From the NCBI RefSeq assembly GCF_004010195.1, contig NC_057720.1, positions 20,101,680 through 20,165,679 of the forward strand: 64,000 bases of DNA, given 5' to 3'. This DNA is from Chiloscyllium plagiosum (taxonomy: Eukaryota). This document shows, piece by piece, positions 37,195-49,785 of the stretch (position 1 is its first letter; each line of letters opens with the position of its first letter). The position numbers and the translations under genes are program-made. The notes below the pieces were generated by a model. The model did not search any database and was not told the DNA's origin. It saw nothing but the letters and a program-made list of their open reading frames with translations.

Positions 37195-37578
37195 GATTAA
37201 CACTGCTGCCTCGCAATGCCTGGGTTCAGTTCAAGCTTTAGGTGACTGGAGTTTGCATGTTCTCTGTGTGTGCATGGGTTTCCGCTGGTTTCCTCCACAG
37301 TCCAAAGATGTGGAAGTTAGAACTTAGAAGAATACAGCGCAGTACAGGCCCTTTGGCCCTCGCTTTAGGTGACTGGAGTTTGCATGTTCTCTGTGTGTGC
37401 ATGGGTTTCCGCTGGTTTCCTCCACAGTCCAAAGATGTGGAAGTTAGGGGGATTGACCATGTTAAATTGCCCTGTAGTGTCAAGGGCTGTGCAAGCTTGG
37501 TGGATTAGAAGGGTTATGGGATGAGTCTGGTTGGGGCTGGTGCAGACTCAGTGGGCCAAATGCCCTCTATCTGTACTA
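37195..37578 (+). mobile_element. Older V-SINE carrying an internal 86 bp duplication
   Basis: V-core present twice, either side of a 41 nt LINE tail. Confidence 0.8.
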
Positions 37579-37689
37579 TAGAGATTATGTGATTCTAACT
37601 GTACTTGGCATGCAGGAGGAAATCTATTAAGGAGTATAAATACATTATTTGATCGCATTGCAGATATTTCAATTATTATTTATATTCAG

Positions 37690-37781
37690 CTTCACAGCTC
37701 GAATCACTGAATTAATGCAAGTTTTGAAAGAATTAAATAGTGGAAAATATGAACGCACAATGGTTTCCCATCAAGATAAGG
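37690..37781 (+). CDS. ABCD3: ABCD3 exon 14 (92 nt)
   Basis: attcag|C TTC...AAG G|gtaagt; FTARITELMQVLKELNSGKYERTMVSHQDK. Confidence 0.95.
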
Positions 37782-38512
37782 GTAAGTATTCTAACAAATA
37801 TGGTACACTTGGAGATTTTTGATTATGGAGAGCATAAACTTTATTGCAAACATTATCCTGTAAATGGTTTTTAATCTGTTATTTTGAGTTATATAGAAGA
37901 TAGATATGTTTTTAGTTCTTGGTCCTTGACTCATGTTAAATTAGCCTGGACACCAGTCACATACTGCAAAGGCAAAATACTGTGGACACTGAGAATCTGA
38001 AATAATAACAGAAATGCTGAAAATACTCAGCAGGCCAGGCAGATCTTTTAAGCAGAGAAAAACAGAGTTAACATTTCATGTTACTCACCTTCTGCCAGAA
38101 CAACCAGTTAATTTGTCTTCAACATTAAGCTAGTGGGTAATATTAACTGGTTTTAGTTACTCCTCAGGGTGGGGAAAGAAAGGCAACCTGGTGCACGATA
38201 TTGATTTCTGTCTAGTGATTGCTGGACATTTATGAACATGAGCAAGGGAGACGATTCACTTCCACAGTGGAATAATCTCCCACGTAAAGAAATTACCTCT
38301 TTGGCAAAATAATAAATTGCTTATAGCCCCTGCAGAACTAAACCATAACAAATATTGATGCATCAGAAATGGACGAAACACTATGGAACTGATAAACCAG
38401 CTAGCTACAGATGTCAAAATTCTGCCATGTATTATTGCCTTTAACATGCACATGCAAGATATATTGTACTTAGTCATCACATTTATACTCTATCTGTAAT
38501 TTTCCTATCAAG

Positions 38513-38576
38513 GTTCCAAAAGTCAACCTTTAATACCTGGGAGTGGGGAAATCATTATTATGGATCATGTTATCAA
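38513..38576 (+). CDS. ABCD3: ABCD3 exon 15 (64 nt; TMD-NBD linker)
   Basis: ttcctatcaag|GT TCC...ATC AA|gtaagt; GSKSQPLIPGSGEIIIMDHVI(K). The phase fits exons 14 and 16; the 5' boundary is slightly less certain. Confidence 0.85.
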
Positions 38577-39049
38577 GTAAGTGAAATGCTGTATACTTAA
38601 ATTGTGGGCTATAATACCAATTTATATACTTCACTAAATCTATCCAGTCATTTCAGTTGATTATTGACAGTTGTTGCATGATTTTGTAGAGAAATCTTTT
38701 TATAGACACCTCTTTGGCAAACCGTTTCACAGTTATAAGTTTTTTTCCTAATGGATAAATAATAAGTTTTAACAAAATAATTGAAAATAGATTTTTGTAA
38801 TTATATAGAAGTATGTAGCAGAAAAGGGTTAATAGAAAAAGTTTCCATTGCTCTTGCTTTCTAGTGCTGTTCCTTCATCAAGTAGCTGGTGGAGTAGGAT
38901 CATAGAACACAGAATTCAAAGCAAAAGATCATAGTGTCATACACTGATGCAATACACTGATTTTTAACTTTGTCCACACCAGTCCAACACTGGAACCTCT
39001 ACTTTCTAATGTCATTGAAAAGTAATAGAAGTAATTTTCTCCTCTTTAG

Positions 39050-39113
39050 ATTTGAACATGTGCCATTGGTGACACCGAATGGGGATGTTTTGATTCCAGA
39101 CCTCTCTTTTGAG
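39050..39113 (+). CDS. ABCD3: ABCD3 exon 16 (64 nt)
   Basis: ctttag|A TTT...GAG|gtaaag; FEHVPLVTPNGDVLIPDLSFE. Confidence 0.95.
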
Positions 39114-39389
39114 GTAAAGAATAAATCTATTATGTAGATTTCCTTGAACTTCGATACTGTTGATACCTCTTGATTTAATAGTTTTTGCCAGCTGAACTGG
39201 TATCAATCTGATATGAAAGCTACAATTCTGTAGATAAAAATTTTTGTGAAAACTGAAACAAAAACAGAAAATGATAAATGAATTTAGCAGAACAGGAAAT
39301 ATCAGTGGAGCGAGATCCACCAATCTGAATCTTAATTTATGTTGCAATCTGCATGCAAACCAATTCTTCAGACTAATTTGTAGACTGGA

Positions 39390-40550
39390 TAGAAACATGG
39401 AAGATAGGAGCAGGAGGAGGCCATTCAGCACTTTGAGAATGCTGTGCCATTCAGTATGGTCAAGGCTGATTGTTCAACTCAATAGCCTAATCCTGCTTTC
39501 TTCCCATAGCTTTGATCCCATTTGTTCCAAGTACAATATCTAGCCACCTCTTGAACACATTCAATGTTTGGCATCAACTTCTTCCTGTGGTAATGAATTC
39601 CACAGGCTCACCACTCTTTAGGTGAAGAAGTGTCTCCTCATCTCTATCCCAAATGGTCTACCCAAATCCTCAGACTGTGACCGCAGGTTCTGGACATACC
39701 CACCATCTGGAACATTCTCCCTGCATCTACCCTATCCTGTTAGAATTTTATATGTCTCTCTGAGATTCACCCCTCGTTTGAGTGAACTCCAGCAAAAATA
39801 ATCCTACCCTAGTCAACCTCTCAAATGTCAGACCCACCATCCCCAAAATTAGCCAGGTAAACCTTCACTGTACTCGAGAGAGAGAGCAAGAGCACCCTTC
39901 CTCAGGAAAGGAGGCCAAAACTGCACATAATATTCTAGGTGTAGCCTCACTGAGGGCCCTGTATAACTATAACAACACGTACTTGCTCCTGTACTTGAAA
40001 CCTCTCACAGTAAAGGCCAACATGCACTTGCACACTCACTTTTACTGGCTGGTGCACAAGGACACCTAGGTCCTGCTGCAGACTCCCTTCTTCCAATTTA
40101 CAGCCATTCAGGTAGTAATCTGCCTTCTTGTTTTTTGCTTCCAAAGTGAATAACTTCACATTTATCCAAATTATACAGCATCTACCATTGATTTGCCCAC
40201 TCACCCAACCCGTCCTGACCATGCTAAAGGATCTCTGCATCCACATCACAGTGGTATCATTTGTAAACTTTGAGTTTTTATATTTGTTCCCTCATCCAAA
40301 CTATTAACATATATTATGAATAGCTGAGGTCTCAGCACTGATCCCTGTGGCACCCCACTAGTTACTGGCTGCCAATTTGAAAAGGACCCATTAATTCCTA
40401 CATCATTTCCTCTCTGCCAACCAGTTTTCTATCCATGTCAATACACTTCCCCAATCCCACGCGCTTTAATCTTGCACAGTAGTCTGTAATGTGGGACTTT
40501 GTCAAACTCTTTCGAAAAGACCAAATATATCACATTGAGTGATTCCCCCT
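39390..40550 (-). mobile_element. LINE RT/3' fragment
   Basis: Minus ORF QDLGVLVH; LINE 3' tail near 39390-39480. Confidence 0.8.
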
Positions 40551-40716
40551 TAGGGAGAGGATTATAAGTCGCAACCATTATTAAGAATGATTAGTAAGAG
40601 AAAGAGTAGGCAAACTTTGTGCTCCATTGTGGAACATATTCTGATGAACTATAGGATAATGATAAAAAGGCTAGACTTTAGGGTGATGATTATTGGACTG
40701 ATGGTGATAAAGTATT

Positions 40717-41850
40717 TAGAGCTATAGAAATGTACAGCACTGAAACAAACCCTTTGGTCCAACTTGTCCATGCTGACCAGATATCCTAATTTAATCTAGT
40801 CCCATTTGCCAACATTGGCCCATATCCCTCTAAACCCTTCCCATTCATGTACCATTCAGATGTCTTTCAAATGTTATAATTGTACTAGCCTCCACCACTT
40901 CCTCTGACAGCATATTCTATACATGCATCACCCTCTGCGAAAAAAGTTGCCTCGTAGGTCCCTCTTAAATCTTTCCCCTCTTACCTTAAACATATGCCCT
41001 CTAGTTCTGGACTCCTCCAACCCAGGGAAAAGACCTTTTTGTATTTACCCTATTCATACCCCTCATGATTTTATAAACCTCCTACAATGTCACCCTGCAA
41101 CCTCTGCCACTGCAGGGAAAACAGCCACTGCCTATTCAGCCTCTTCCTACAGCTCAAACCCTCCAACCCTTTCAAGTTTCACAACATCCTTCCTCTAGGA
41201 GGGAGACCAGAATTTCACACATTATTTCAAAATGTCCGGTACAGCCACAACATGACCTCCAAACTCCTATACTCAATACTCTGACCAATAAAGGAAAGCA
41301 TACTAAACACCTTGTTCACTATCCTACCTACCTGAGACTCCACTTTCAAGGAAATATAAGCCTGCACTTCACAGTCTCTTTGTTCAGCAATATTCCCCAG
41401 GATTTTACCACTAAGTATATAGATCCTGCTTGATTTGCCTTTCCAAAATGCAGCACCTCACATTTATCTGAATTAAACTCTGTCTGCTACTTCTTGGCAC
41501 ATTAGCCCATCTGATCAAGATCCTGTTTACTCTGAGGTAACCTTCTTCGCTATCCACTACACTTCAAAATTTTGCTGTCATCTGCAAACTTAATAGCCAT
41601 ACTTCCTATGTTCGCATCCAAATACTTTATATAAATGACAAAAAGCAGTGGACCCGGCATCGATCCTTGTGGCAGACCGCTGGTCACAAGCCTCCAATCC
41701 TCCACCATCATCCTTTGTCTCCTACCTTCATGCCAGTTCTGTATCCAAATAACTAGTTCTCCCTGTATTCCATGTGATCTAACTTTGCTAACCAGTCTCC
41801 CTTGTGGAAACTTATCGAACGTGTTACTGAAGTCCATATAGATCGCATCT
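40717..41850 (-). mobile_element. CR1 RT/3' fragment
   Basis: MDFSNTFDK, PQGS..GPLLF, KFADD. Confidence 0.9.
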
Positions 41851-42138
41851 TAATGCAGTTGAGTCAGCATTTTTCAACATTGCATGATTTACAACATTGT
41901 ATGTTCACCTGTAGCTTTAAACTGTTACCTCTTAATGGGTGCATTTTTTTGATTTTGCTGTTTGGGATGAGAATTGTCTGAAATATAAAGCAAACAATTC
42001 AACATTTTTTAAGAAAGGCGAAATGTTTGTTATGTTTAATTTATATTTGAAGATGCACGATGCAAGAAGTGCTTTTGAAAAATGCCTTGGATCAAGAATA
42101 CGTGCTCTAAATTTGTTCTCATTCTCAATCTCATTCAG

Positions 42139-42216
42139 GTGAAGTCGGGAGCAAATGTCCTGGTCTGTGGTCCGAATGGATGTGGGAAGAGCTCACTTTT
42201 CCGCTGTTTAGGAGAG
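42139..42216 (+). CDS. ABCD3: ABCD3 exon 17 (78 nt), Walker A
   Basis: attcag|GTG...GAG|gtaaat; VKSGANVLVCGPNGCGKSSLFRCLGE. Confidence 0.96.
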
Positions 42217-42313
42217 GTAAATGCAGACATAGTAAAGGAAATTACAAAGAATGTTCAAATATTTGTTTTGTCCCAAGTACTGACATGAAAAGTTAAACTT
42301 ACTTTTTTCATAG

Positions 42314-42379
42314 TTATGGCCCCTATTTGGAGGACGTTTGACAAAACCAGATAGAGGGAAGCTGTTTTATGTACCACAG
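42314..42379 (+). CDS. ABCD3: ABCD3 exon 18 (66 nt), Q-loop
   Basis: tcatag|TTA...CAG|gtagga; LWPLFGGRLTKPDRGKLFYVPQ. Preceded by a 97 nt intron. Confidence 0.96.
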
Positions 42380-43004
42380 GTAGGAACGGCTTATCTTTTT
42401 GGATCTTGATTTACTTAATTGCAAAAATCATATTTTTCACATTAATTTAATCGTACTCAATATGTCTGTTTGCAGCAGTACCGGCCCTTCAGATTGTGTA
42501 CAATCAATATTACCTTGCTATTTTTAATCTTGAATAATTTGCAATATCTTCAGATTTTCAGTTTGTTTAGGTCATTTGATAAAATTCCTTCCATGTCAAA
42601 TAAAGTGTGAGTAACATATTACAAGTTAAAACTGTGTTTCCCAAACATTTCTTCCACTGTCACTCAATTGTACTCACATGATCACCATCACAATCCTTGA
42701 GTGAGAACTGAAAGAACCAGGGGTAAAATCTATAGAGGGAATGTACAGCTGTCATAATTTGTTTAATCAGTCAACATCCATTCTACCACAGTGCTCGCAG
42801 CACCACTTGGGGGGCCCAACCCCTGATTTGGAAAGCCTGTGCTCAATATACATGCAAGGGTTTTTGTTTCTTAACGCATGTAGAATAGATGTAAAATCTT
42901 TGTAAATGCACATGATTTTAAGTTGTTTAATATTCATACATTTTTTGTAAAATTATTCTGAATTTACAAGCCCAAGGCACAATTTACTGAGGATTCATTA
43001 ATGT

Positions 43005-43486
43005 GGATGTTGGTTTGCTCGCTGAGCTTGAAGGTTCATTTCCAGACGTTTCGTCACCCTACTAGGTAATATCTTCAGTGCGCCTCAGGCGAAGCACTGC
43101 TGAAAATTCCTCCTTTCTATTTATATGTTTGGGTTTCTTTGGGTTGGTGATGTCATTTCCTATGGTGATGTTATTTCCTGTGGTGAAGTCACTTCCTGTT
43201 CTTTTTCTGAGGGGGTGGTTGATGGTGGGGGGGGAGGTATTCTAACTCAATGTGTTTGTTGTTTGTCCCTGAGAAAAGGGACAGGAAGTGGCTTCACCAC
43301 AGGAAATGATATCACCAACCCAAACATATAAATAGAAAGCAGGAATTTTCAGCAGTGCTTCGTCTGAGGCGCACTGAATATGTTACCTAGTAGGATGACG
43401 AAACGTCTGGAAATGAACTTTCAAGCTCAGCGAGCAAACCTACGTCCAAAACCTCAACCTCAGCTACAAATCTTCTCAAAACTTAC
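43005..43486. mobile_element. Penelope-like solo inverted repeat (about 200 bp arms)
   Basis: TSD attcattaatgt (42993-43004 / 43487-43498); hammerhead-like motif in each arm. Confidence 0.82.
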
Positions 43487-46169
43487 ATTCATTAATGTTG
43501 TTACTTTTAGTGAGTTGGCCAACCTCAAACAATTCATCCAGAAAGTTTTGAAAAGGTAGAAGTTCCCACCATTAGTAGCACATAAAATCCATCAGCAATT
43601 TGTGGTGAAAAGAGATCAGGCATGAGATCTAATTCACCATAAATTGAGAGAGAATTTCTGCTGCTTTACAATTCGGCTCACCCAAAACAAAAAAAAAGTT
43701 CTCTTGAGGCTGTTCTTATGAAATTGCTGGATTTTTGCCATTAATACAAATTAATTTTGCAGAAATTTAGGACTAATTATCTCATATCATAAGAGCTGTG
43801 TTACAGTCCTGAGTTACCACTCCACCTTGAAGACCCACTAATGGAATGAGTGTAGTCTTAATTCTGTCGATTGCCAGTTGTTCTGGATTGTTCTTTAAAT
43901 TTAAATTTGTATATTTATCTTTTCCTCCCTTAGTCTATTCCCTTTTCCTTTTGTTTTATTACTTTCTACTTCTAATTTGGCTTTGATTTACCATATTTCC
44001 TTCTCTCAATTCACTCAGTTTCTTTCTCATCCTCAAATTTAATTTCTTAAGGAGCGAGGTCTTTGGACCTGATGTTCACAATTTTCCAGGTGCCATTTGG
44101 ACATAATCACACTGTAATTGATGTGCATAAGTAATACAATTTGAATGGCGAGGAGAAAAATCCAATTTCTGCGAGTGAGTATGAGGTGCACCACTCTCAG
44201 ATTCTGGGCCAATGAATAAGTTGCAGTTTATGAGGTATGTGACAAATGCCACTGATTATGCTGTTACCATATCAGTTGCATTCGTCCTCAGAGGTAGTGA
44301 GAACTTCATCTGCTTCAGTAGTACAACACAAAGAATTGCAGGTTTTGTATGCCAATCAAGGTCACAAGGCATCACTTAGGAAAAAGCGTTGTGAGGTCAC
44401 CATTTTTTTAACACCAGAGTTCTATGGCAAGAATTAGTTAACTCTTGAAATTATTTCTGTCCTAAATGAAGGGGTGGTAATGTATAGGATTGAGGAGAAG
44501 CAGCAGCTAAAGTCCATCTTGTGATAAGCATTGAATTTATATCTTCCCATATATATCTGCTGAAAAAATAGAATATTTTTAAAAAAAATATTTGGTGTCA
44601 AACATCTTTTGCACTTGCAGAGAATCCTACCTGGCCTCCTGTACCTCATGGGACTGTGGGTCACCTTTAATGGTGGGGTCAGAATCTTTAACATCATGAA
44701 TGAGGATCTTTATATGTCCTGTGCAGATGGTTGAGGTGGGTCTAATCTGCATTATCATCCCTAAAGAGTAAATATTGATGATTCAGCTAGGTGGGTCCAC
44801 AAACCAGCGTTTTTTTGCCTAACTCAGCAATTGCAAAATAAACTTTGAAGTCGCAAAACTTGAATAGTCAAGTACAAGCTGAAGTGCACTCTGCTTTAAT
44901 GAGGATCACAAATGTTAAAATGTGTCTCATGTATGGGAGAAAATGTTGACCTTAGTTTTTTTTGTGTATAACAGACTTAGCACTGAGTTTTCATATTCCT
45001 AGTAAAATGAAGTTGGATGCTATTTTAACATAATAGGTTGTACTTATTTTATATGTATATATCTCAAAATGGAAAGCAAAGTGTCTTGCATTGCTACGTT
45101 TGGCCAAAGGATCTAGATATCATCTTATCATTCGCAGAATGAAGATTGAGCTAGCAAGAAAGACTTGGCGAAGTGGGTTTAGTGGTGCAGATATATCAGT
45201 GAAGCTGATCTTGACCTTGAAGAAAGCAAGCTTGAGAGGTCTAATGATTTCTGTAATGCGAGGTTTAACTCTTTGCCGTGGAGCTGTAATTATGTCATCA
45301 AGCTGTCCACGTGGCTGCTTACAGTAAAGAATTCTCAGATAGTCAAACAGGAAATGAAAAGCAGTGAAATCAATTTTAAAAAAATTCTAGCAATTAATCA
45401 TAACAGAAACAATAATGCTCCGTAAATATAACATTGTTTTCATTTGAGATCAGTTAATCAATGAAATCAGTTATTCATTTCACTGTTTAAAAAACAACCC
45501 AGTTGTAATTGATTGACAAAGGTGTAACTTTCTTTGGAGTTTCTGTTTTCTTTGATTACTGCATCAAAAGGAAGGAGGTCAGGATCACAGTGGTGCCTTG
45601 GAGATAGAGTGACAGACTCTAACTTCAGGGTTTCCAAGTTAATCTGTCCAAATGCTAAGTACTGAGTTATGGTCAGCTTGAAATCCCACTGGCAGTTTAC
45701 CATCAAGCAATCCGTGCAAAAGCAGGAACACCTGACTAAGATTATCCTCAAGTCCGAAGAGAAAGGCCCTTAGTCCCATGAGCTTTTGCTTTGTTAAAAA
45801 CTGATCATTTGCAGAAGTCTGTTTTAATTTCTCAGTCCGTATTTTGTCATTAGATTCCCTAGCATGAAAGATATCTATAAGCACCTTGAATAATTTCCAT
45901 TGGAGCCAAAACAAATTGGGAATTTGAAATTAGAATAAATCAAAATTGATTAAAGTAGTGCACCATCCAGAGATTGAATTAAATTTACTAACAATTAAAG
46001 ATTTAATGGTGAAAACCCCTTGATGTGGAGAAAATGCCAGTGATGAAAAACTGGGTAATTGGGGAGAGGATAGAATTAAAACTTCTACCAGTTAGGAATT
46101 TGCCAGTCAGGGTAACAATGCATCGGCTCATTTTTGAATTGGTCCATAATCGTGTCAGGCAACCATTAA

Positions 46170-46803
46170 TAAGACCATAAGACATAGGAGTGGAAGTAAG
46201 GCCATTCGGCCCATCGAGTCCACTCCGCCATTCAATCATGGCTGATGCGCATTTCAGCTCCACTTACCAGCGTTCTCCCCGTAGCCCTTAATTCCTCTAG
46301 ACAACAAGAATCTATCAATCTCGGCCTTGAAGACATTTAGCGTCCCGGCTTCCACTGCACTCCGTGGCAATGAATTCCACAGGCCTACCACTCTCTGGCT
46401 GAAGAAATGTCTCCGCATTTCTGTTCTGAAATGACCCCCTCTAATTCTAAGGCTGTGTCCACGGGTCCTAGTCTCCTCGTCTAACGGAAACAATTTCCTA
46501 GCATCCACCTTTTCCAAGCCATGTATTATTTTGTACGTCTCTATTAAGTCTCCCCTTAATCTTCTAAACTCCAACGAATACAATCCCAGTATCCTCAGCC
46601 GTTCCTCATATGTTAGACCTGTCATTCCAGGGATCATCCGTGTGAATCTCCGCTGGACACGTTCCAGTGCCAGTATGTCCTTCCTGAGGTGTGGGGACCA
46701 AAACTGGACACAGTACTCCAAATGGGGCCTAACCAGAGCTTTATAAAGTCTTAGTAGTACATCTCTGCTTTTATATTCCAACCCTCTTGAGATAAGAGAC
46801 AAT
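46170..46803 (-). mobile_element. Young LINE 3' fragment with uninterrupted ORF2 C-terminus
   Basis: About 180 aa open (LYKALVRPHLEYCVQFWSP...WNSLP); tail (rc) tcttatggtctt. Confidence 0.92.
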
Positions 46804-47091
46804 GAGATAATGGGAGTATTAGCAGAGAACTTGAAGGTCGAAAACCATGTAATGCAACTTCCTAGAATACATCCAACAAGAGTTGGCAACACGAGCTTAT
46901 GGAAAAGGTCTGTCTGAGGTTTATGAATAACTCAGTCACATTATACTACATTAAATTACTTAAGAGTCTTAATCATGTTGATTTTGCTTGCAAAATTTAA
47001 GATTTTAAATATTTCTTTAAAGTTTGCAGCACGTATGAGTCCCAAGTAGGAACTGCCACTTAATATCTCATTTGATTTTCACATAGAATAG

Positions 47092-47223
47092 AGCTGAAAA
47101 TTTTTTGCTGGAAAAGCGCAGCAGGTCAGGCAACATCCAAGGAGCAGGAGAATCGACGTTTCTCCTTTTCCAGCAACACATTTTCAGCTCTGATCTCCAG
47201 CATCTGCAGTCCTCACTTTCTCC
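47092..47223. mobile_element. PLE solo hairpin (short)
   Basis: Same family as 657-858; flanked by ttttcac[a/c]tagaata. Confidence 0.78.
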
Positions 47224-47238
47224 TTTTCACCTAGAATA

Positions 47239-48562
47239 CCCTACCTCCTGCAAAAATGCCATCTCGTATTCCCAATTCCTCCGCCGTATCTGCTGCCAGG
47301 AGGATCAGTTCCACCACAGAACACACCAGATGGCCTCCTTCTTTAGAGACTGCAATTTCCATTCCCACGTGGTTAAAGATGCCCTCCAATGCATCTCGTC
47401 CACATCCCGCACCTCTGCCCTCAGACCCCACCCCTCCAACCGTAACAAGGACAGAACCCCCCTGGTGCTCACCTTCCACCCTACCAACCTTCACATAAAC
47501 CAAATCATCCGCCGACATTTCCGCCACCTCCAAACAGACCCACCACCTGGGATATATTTCCCTCCCCACCCCTTTCTGTCTTCCACAAAGACCATTCCCT
47601 CCGTGACTACCTGGTCAGGTCTACGTCCCCAACAACCCACCCTCGCGTCCTAGCACCTTCCCCTGCCATCGCAGGAATTGCAAAACCTGCGCCCACACCT
47701 CCAACCAAGGCCCCAAAGGAGCCTTCCACATCCATCAAAGTTTTACCTGAACATCCACCAATATCATTTATTGTATCCGTTGCTCCCGATGCTCAAGACT
47801 CTTCTTGTGCAAGGTTAAAATAATTTAATGTATTATAATGTGACTGAGTTATTCATATCCTTCCCCAATCAGTCTGCTCTACACTGGGGAGACTGGATGC
47901 CTCCTAGCAGAGCGCTTTAGGGAACATCTCTGGGACACCTGCACCAATCAACCACACCGCCCTGTGACCCAACATTTCAGCTCTCCCTCCCACTCAGCCG
48001 AGGACATGGAGGTTCCAGGGCCTCCTTCACCGCTGCTCCCTTGCCACCTGACGCCTGGAGGAAGAACGCCTCAAATTCTGCCTCGGAACACTTCAACCCC
48101 AGGGCATCAATGTGGACTTCACCAGTTTCCTCATTTCCCCTTCCCCCACCTCACCCCAGTTCCAAACTTCCAGCTCCGCACCGTCCCCATGATCTGTCCT
48201 ACTGGCCTATCTTCTTTTCCATCTATCCACTCCATCCTCCTCTCTGACCTATCACCTTCATCCCAACCCCATCCACTCATTGTACTCTTTGCTACCTTCC
48301 CCCACCCTCCTCCCTGACCTATCACCTTCATCCCCACCCCAACTCACCTATTGTACTCTATGCTACTTTCTCCCCACCCCCAGCCTCCTCTCATTTATCT
48401 CTCCACCCTTCAGACACTCTGCCTGTATTCCTGATGAAGGGCTTTTGCCCGAAACATCAGATTTTCCTGCTCCTCGGATGCTGCCTGAACTGCTGTGCTT
48501 TTCCAGCACCACTCTACTCCAGAATCTGGTTTCCAGCATCTGCAGTCATTGTTTTTACATAG
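47239..48562 (+). mobile_element. Penelope-like element 3' part (RT C-terminus, GIY-YIG, terminal repeat)
   Basis: KNAISYSQFLRRIC, IIYCIRC, YTGETG and PQGIN motifs; terminal repeat with CTGATGA..GAAAC at 48431-48455. Confidence 0.85.
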
Positions 48563-48589
48563 TTGATTTTCACCTAGAATAGGACATAC

Positions 48590-49185
48590 AGGTCATAGAA
48601 TTGTAGAGATGTACAGCACAGAAACAGATACATCTATGCTGATCAGTATCCTAACCTAATCTAGGCTCATTTGCCAGCACTTTGCCCAGATCCCTCTAAA
48701 CTCTTCATATTTGTATACCCATCCAGATGCCTTTTAAATGCTGCAATTGTACCAGCTCATTCCATACAGGCACCACTCTTTGTGTGAAAAAGCTGCCCCT
48801 TAGGCCCCTTTTAAATCTTTCCCCTTTCACCATTAACCTGTGTCCTTTAATTCTGGACTCCCCTCACAGCAGAGAAAGGATCTTGTCTATTTACCCTATC
48901 CATGCCCCTCATGATTTTATAAATCTCTATAAAGTCACCCTTCAGTCTCCAACGCCCTAATCGAAACAGTCCAGCCTATTCAGCCCCTCCCTGTAGCTCA
49001 AACCCTCCAAACCTGGCAACATCCTTGTAAATCTTTTCTGAACCCTTTCAAGTTTCACAATATCCTTCCTATATGAAGGTGATCAGCATTGCACATAGTA
49101 TTCCAAAAGTGGCCTAACCAATGTCCTGTACAGCTGCAACATGACCTCCTACCTCCTGTATAATTACACTGATCAATAAAGGCAA
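48590..49185 (-). mobile_element. CR1 3' fragment
   Basis: Reverse complement of the CR1 3' region seen at 11500-12060. Confidence 0.88.
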
Positions 49186-49371
49186 GGTGGCAAGTATCTG
49201 ATTTTTCTTTTGGGTGTTTTTATGTATACAGCTGTACAACATGAAATTTGAAAAGCAGATTATGTTCTAAATTGGTTTCGAATCCTGTGTCACTTCAAAA
49301 CCTAGGTTTCCAAAATCCATGAATCCTTTTAAAATTCTTAAATGAAAGCAGCATGTTTTTATTTCTTACAG

Positions 49372-49461
49372 CGACCATATATGACCTTAGGAACACTGAG
49401 AGATCAGGTGATCTACCCAGATACACTGGAAGATCAAAGGAGGAAAGGCATATCTGATCAG
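49372..49461 (+). CDS. ABCD3: ABCD3 exon 19 (90 nt)
   Basis: ttacag|CGA...CAG|gtaaga; [30 protein letters not shown]. Confidence 0.96.
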
Positions 49462-49556
49462 GTAAGACATATTATTGTTTTATGAAATTAGATATCCACT
49501 TTATGCTTGATAATTCGTGTGGCTTGTTTGACATGCCTGGGTGCAACAAGTTGGAG

Positions 49557-49785
49557 TGGGGATCCGTTAGCTCAATTGGCTGGACAGTTGGTTTGCAAAG
49601 CAGTGTGATGCTAACAGCATGGATTCGAATCCCATCACTTGGCAGATGTTACCATGAAGGATACTCTCTTTCTCAACCTCTTCCCCTCCCCGTGATATGG
49701 TGGCCCTCAGGTTAAATCACCACTCTAATGTCATCCCTCTCTAATGGGATAATAGCCCTATGGTCTGATGAGATAATGGCGACAC
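49557..49785 (+). mobile_element. tRNA-derived SINE-like element (distinct from the HE1-like family)
   Basis: A box TAGCTCAATTGG (49568-49579) and B box GGATTCGAATCCC (49621-49633); 3' boundary approximate. Confidence 0.6.
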
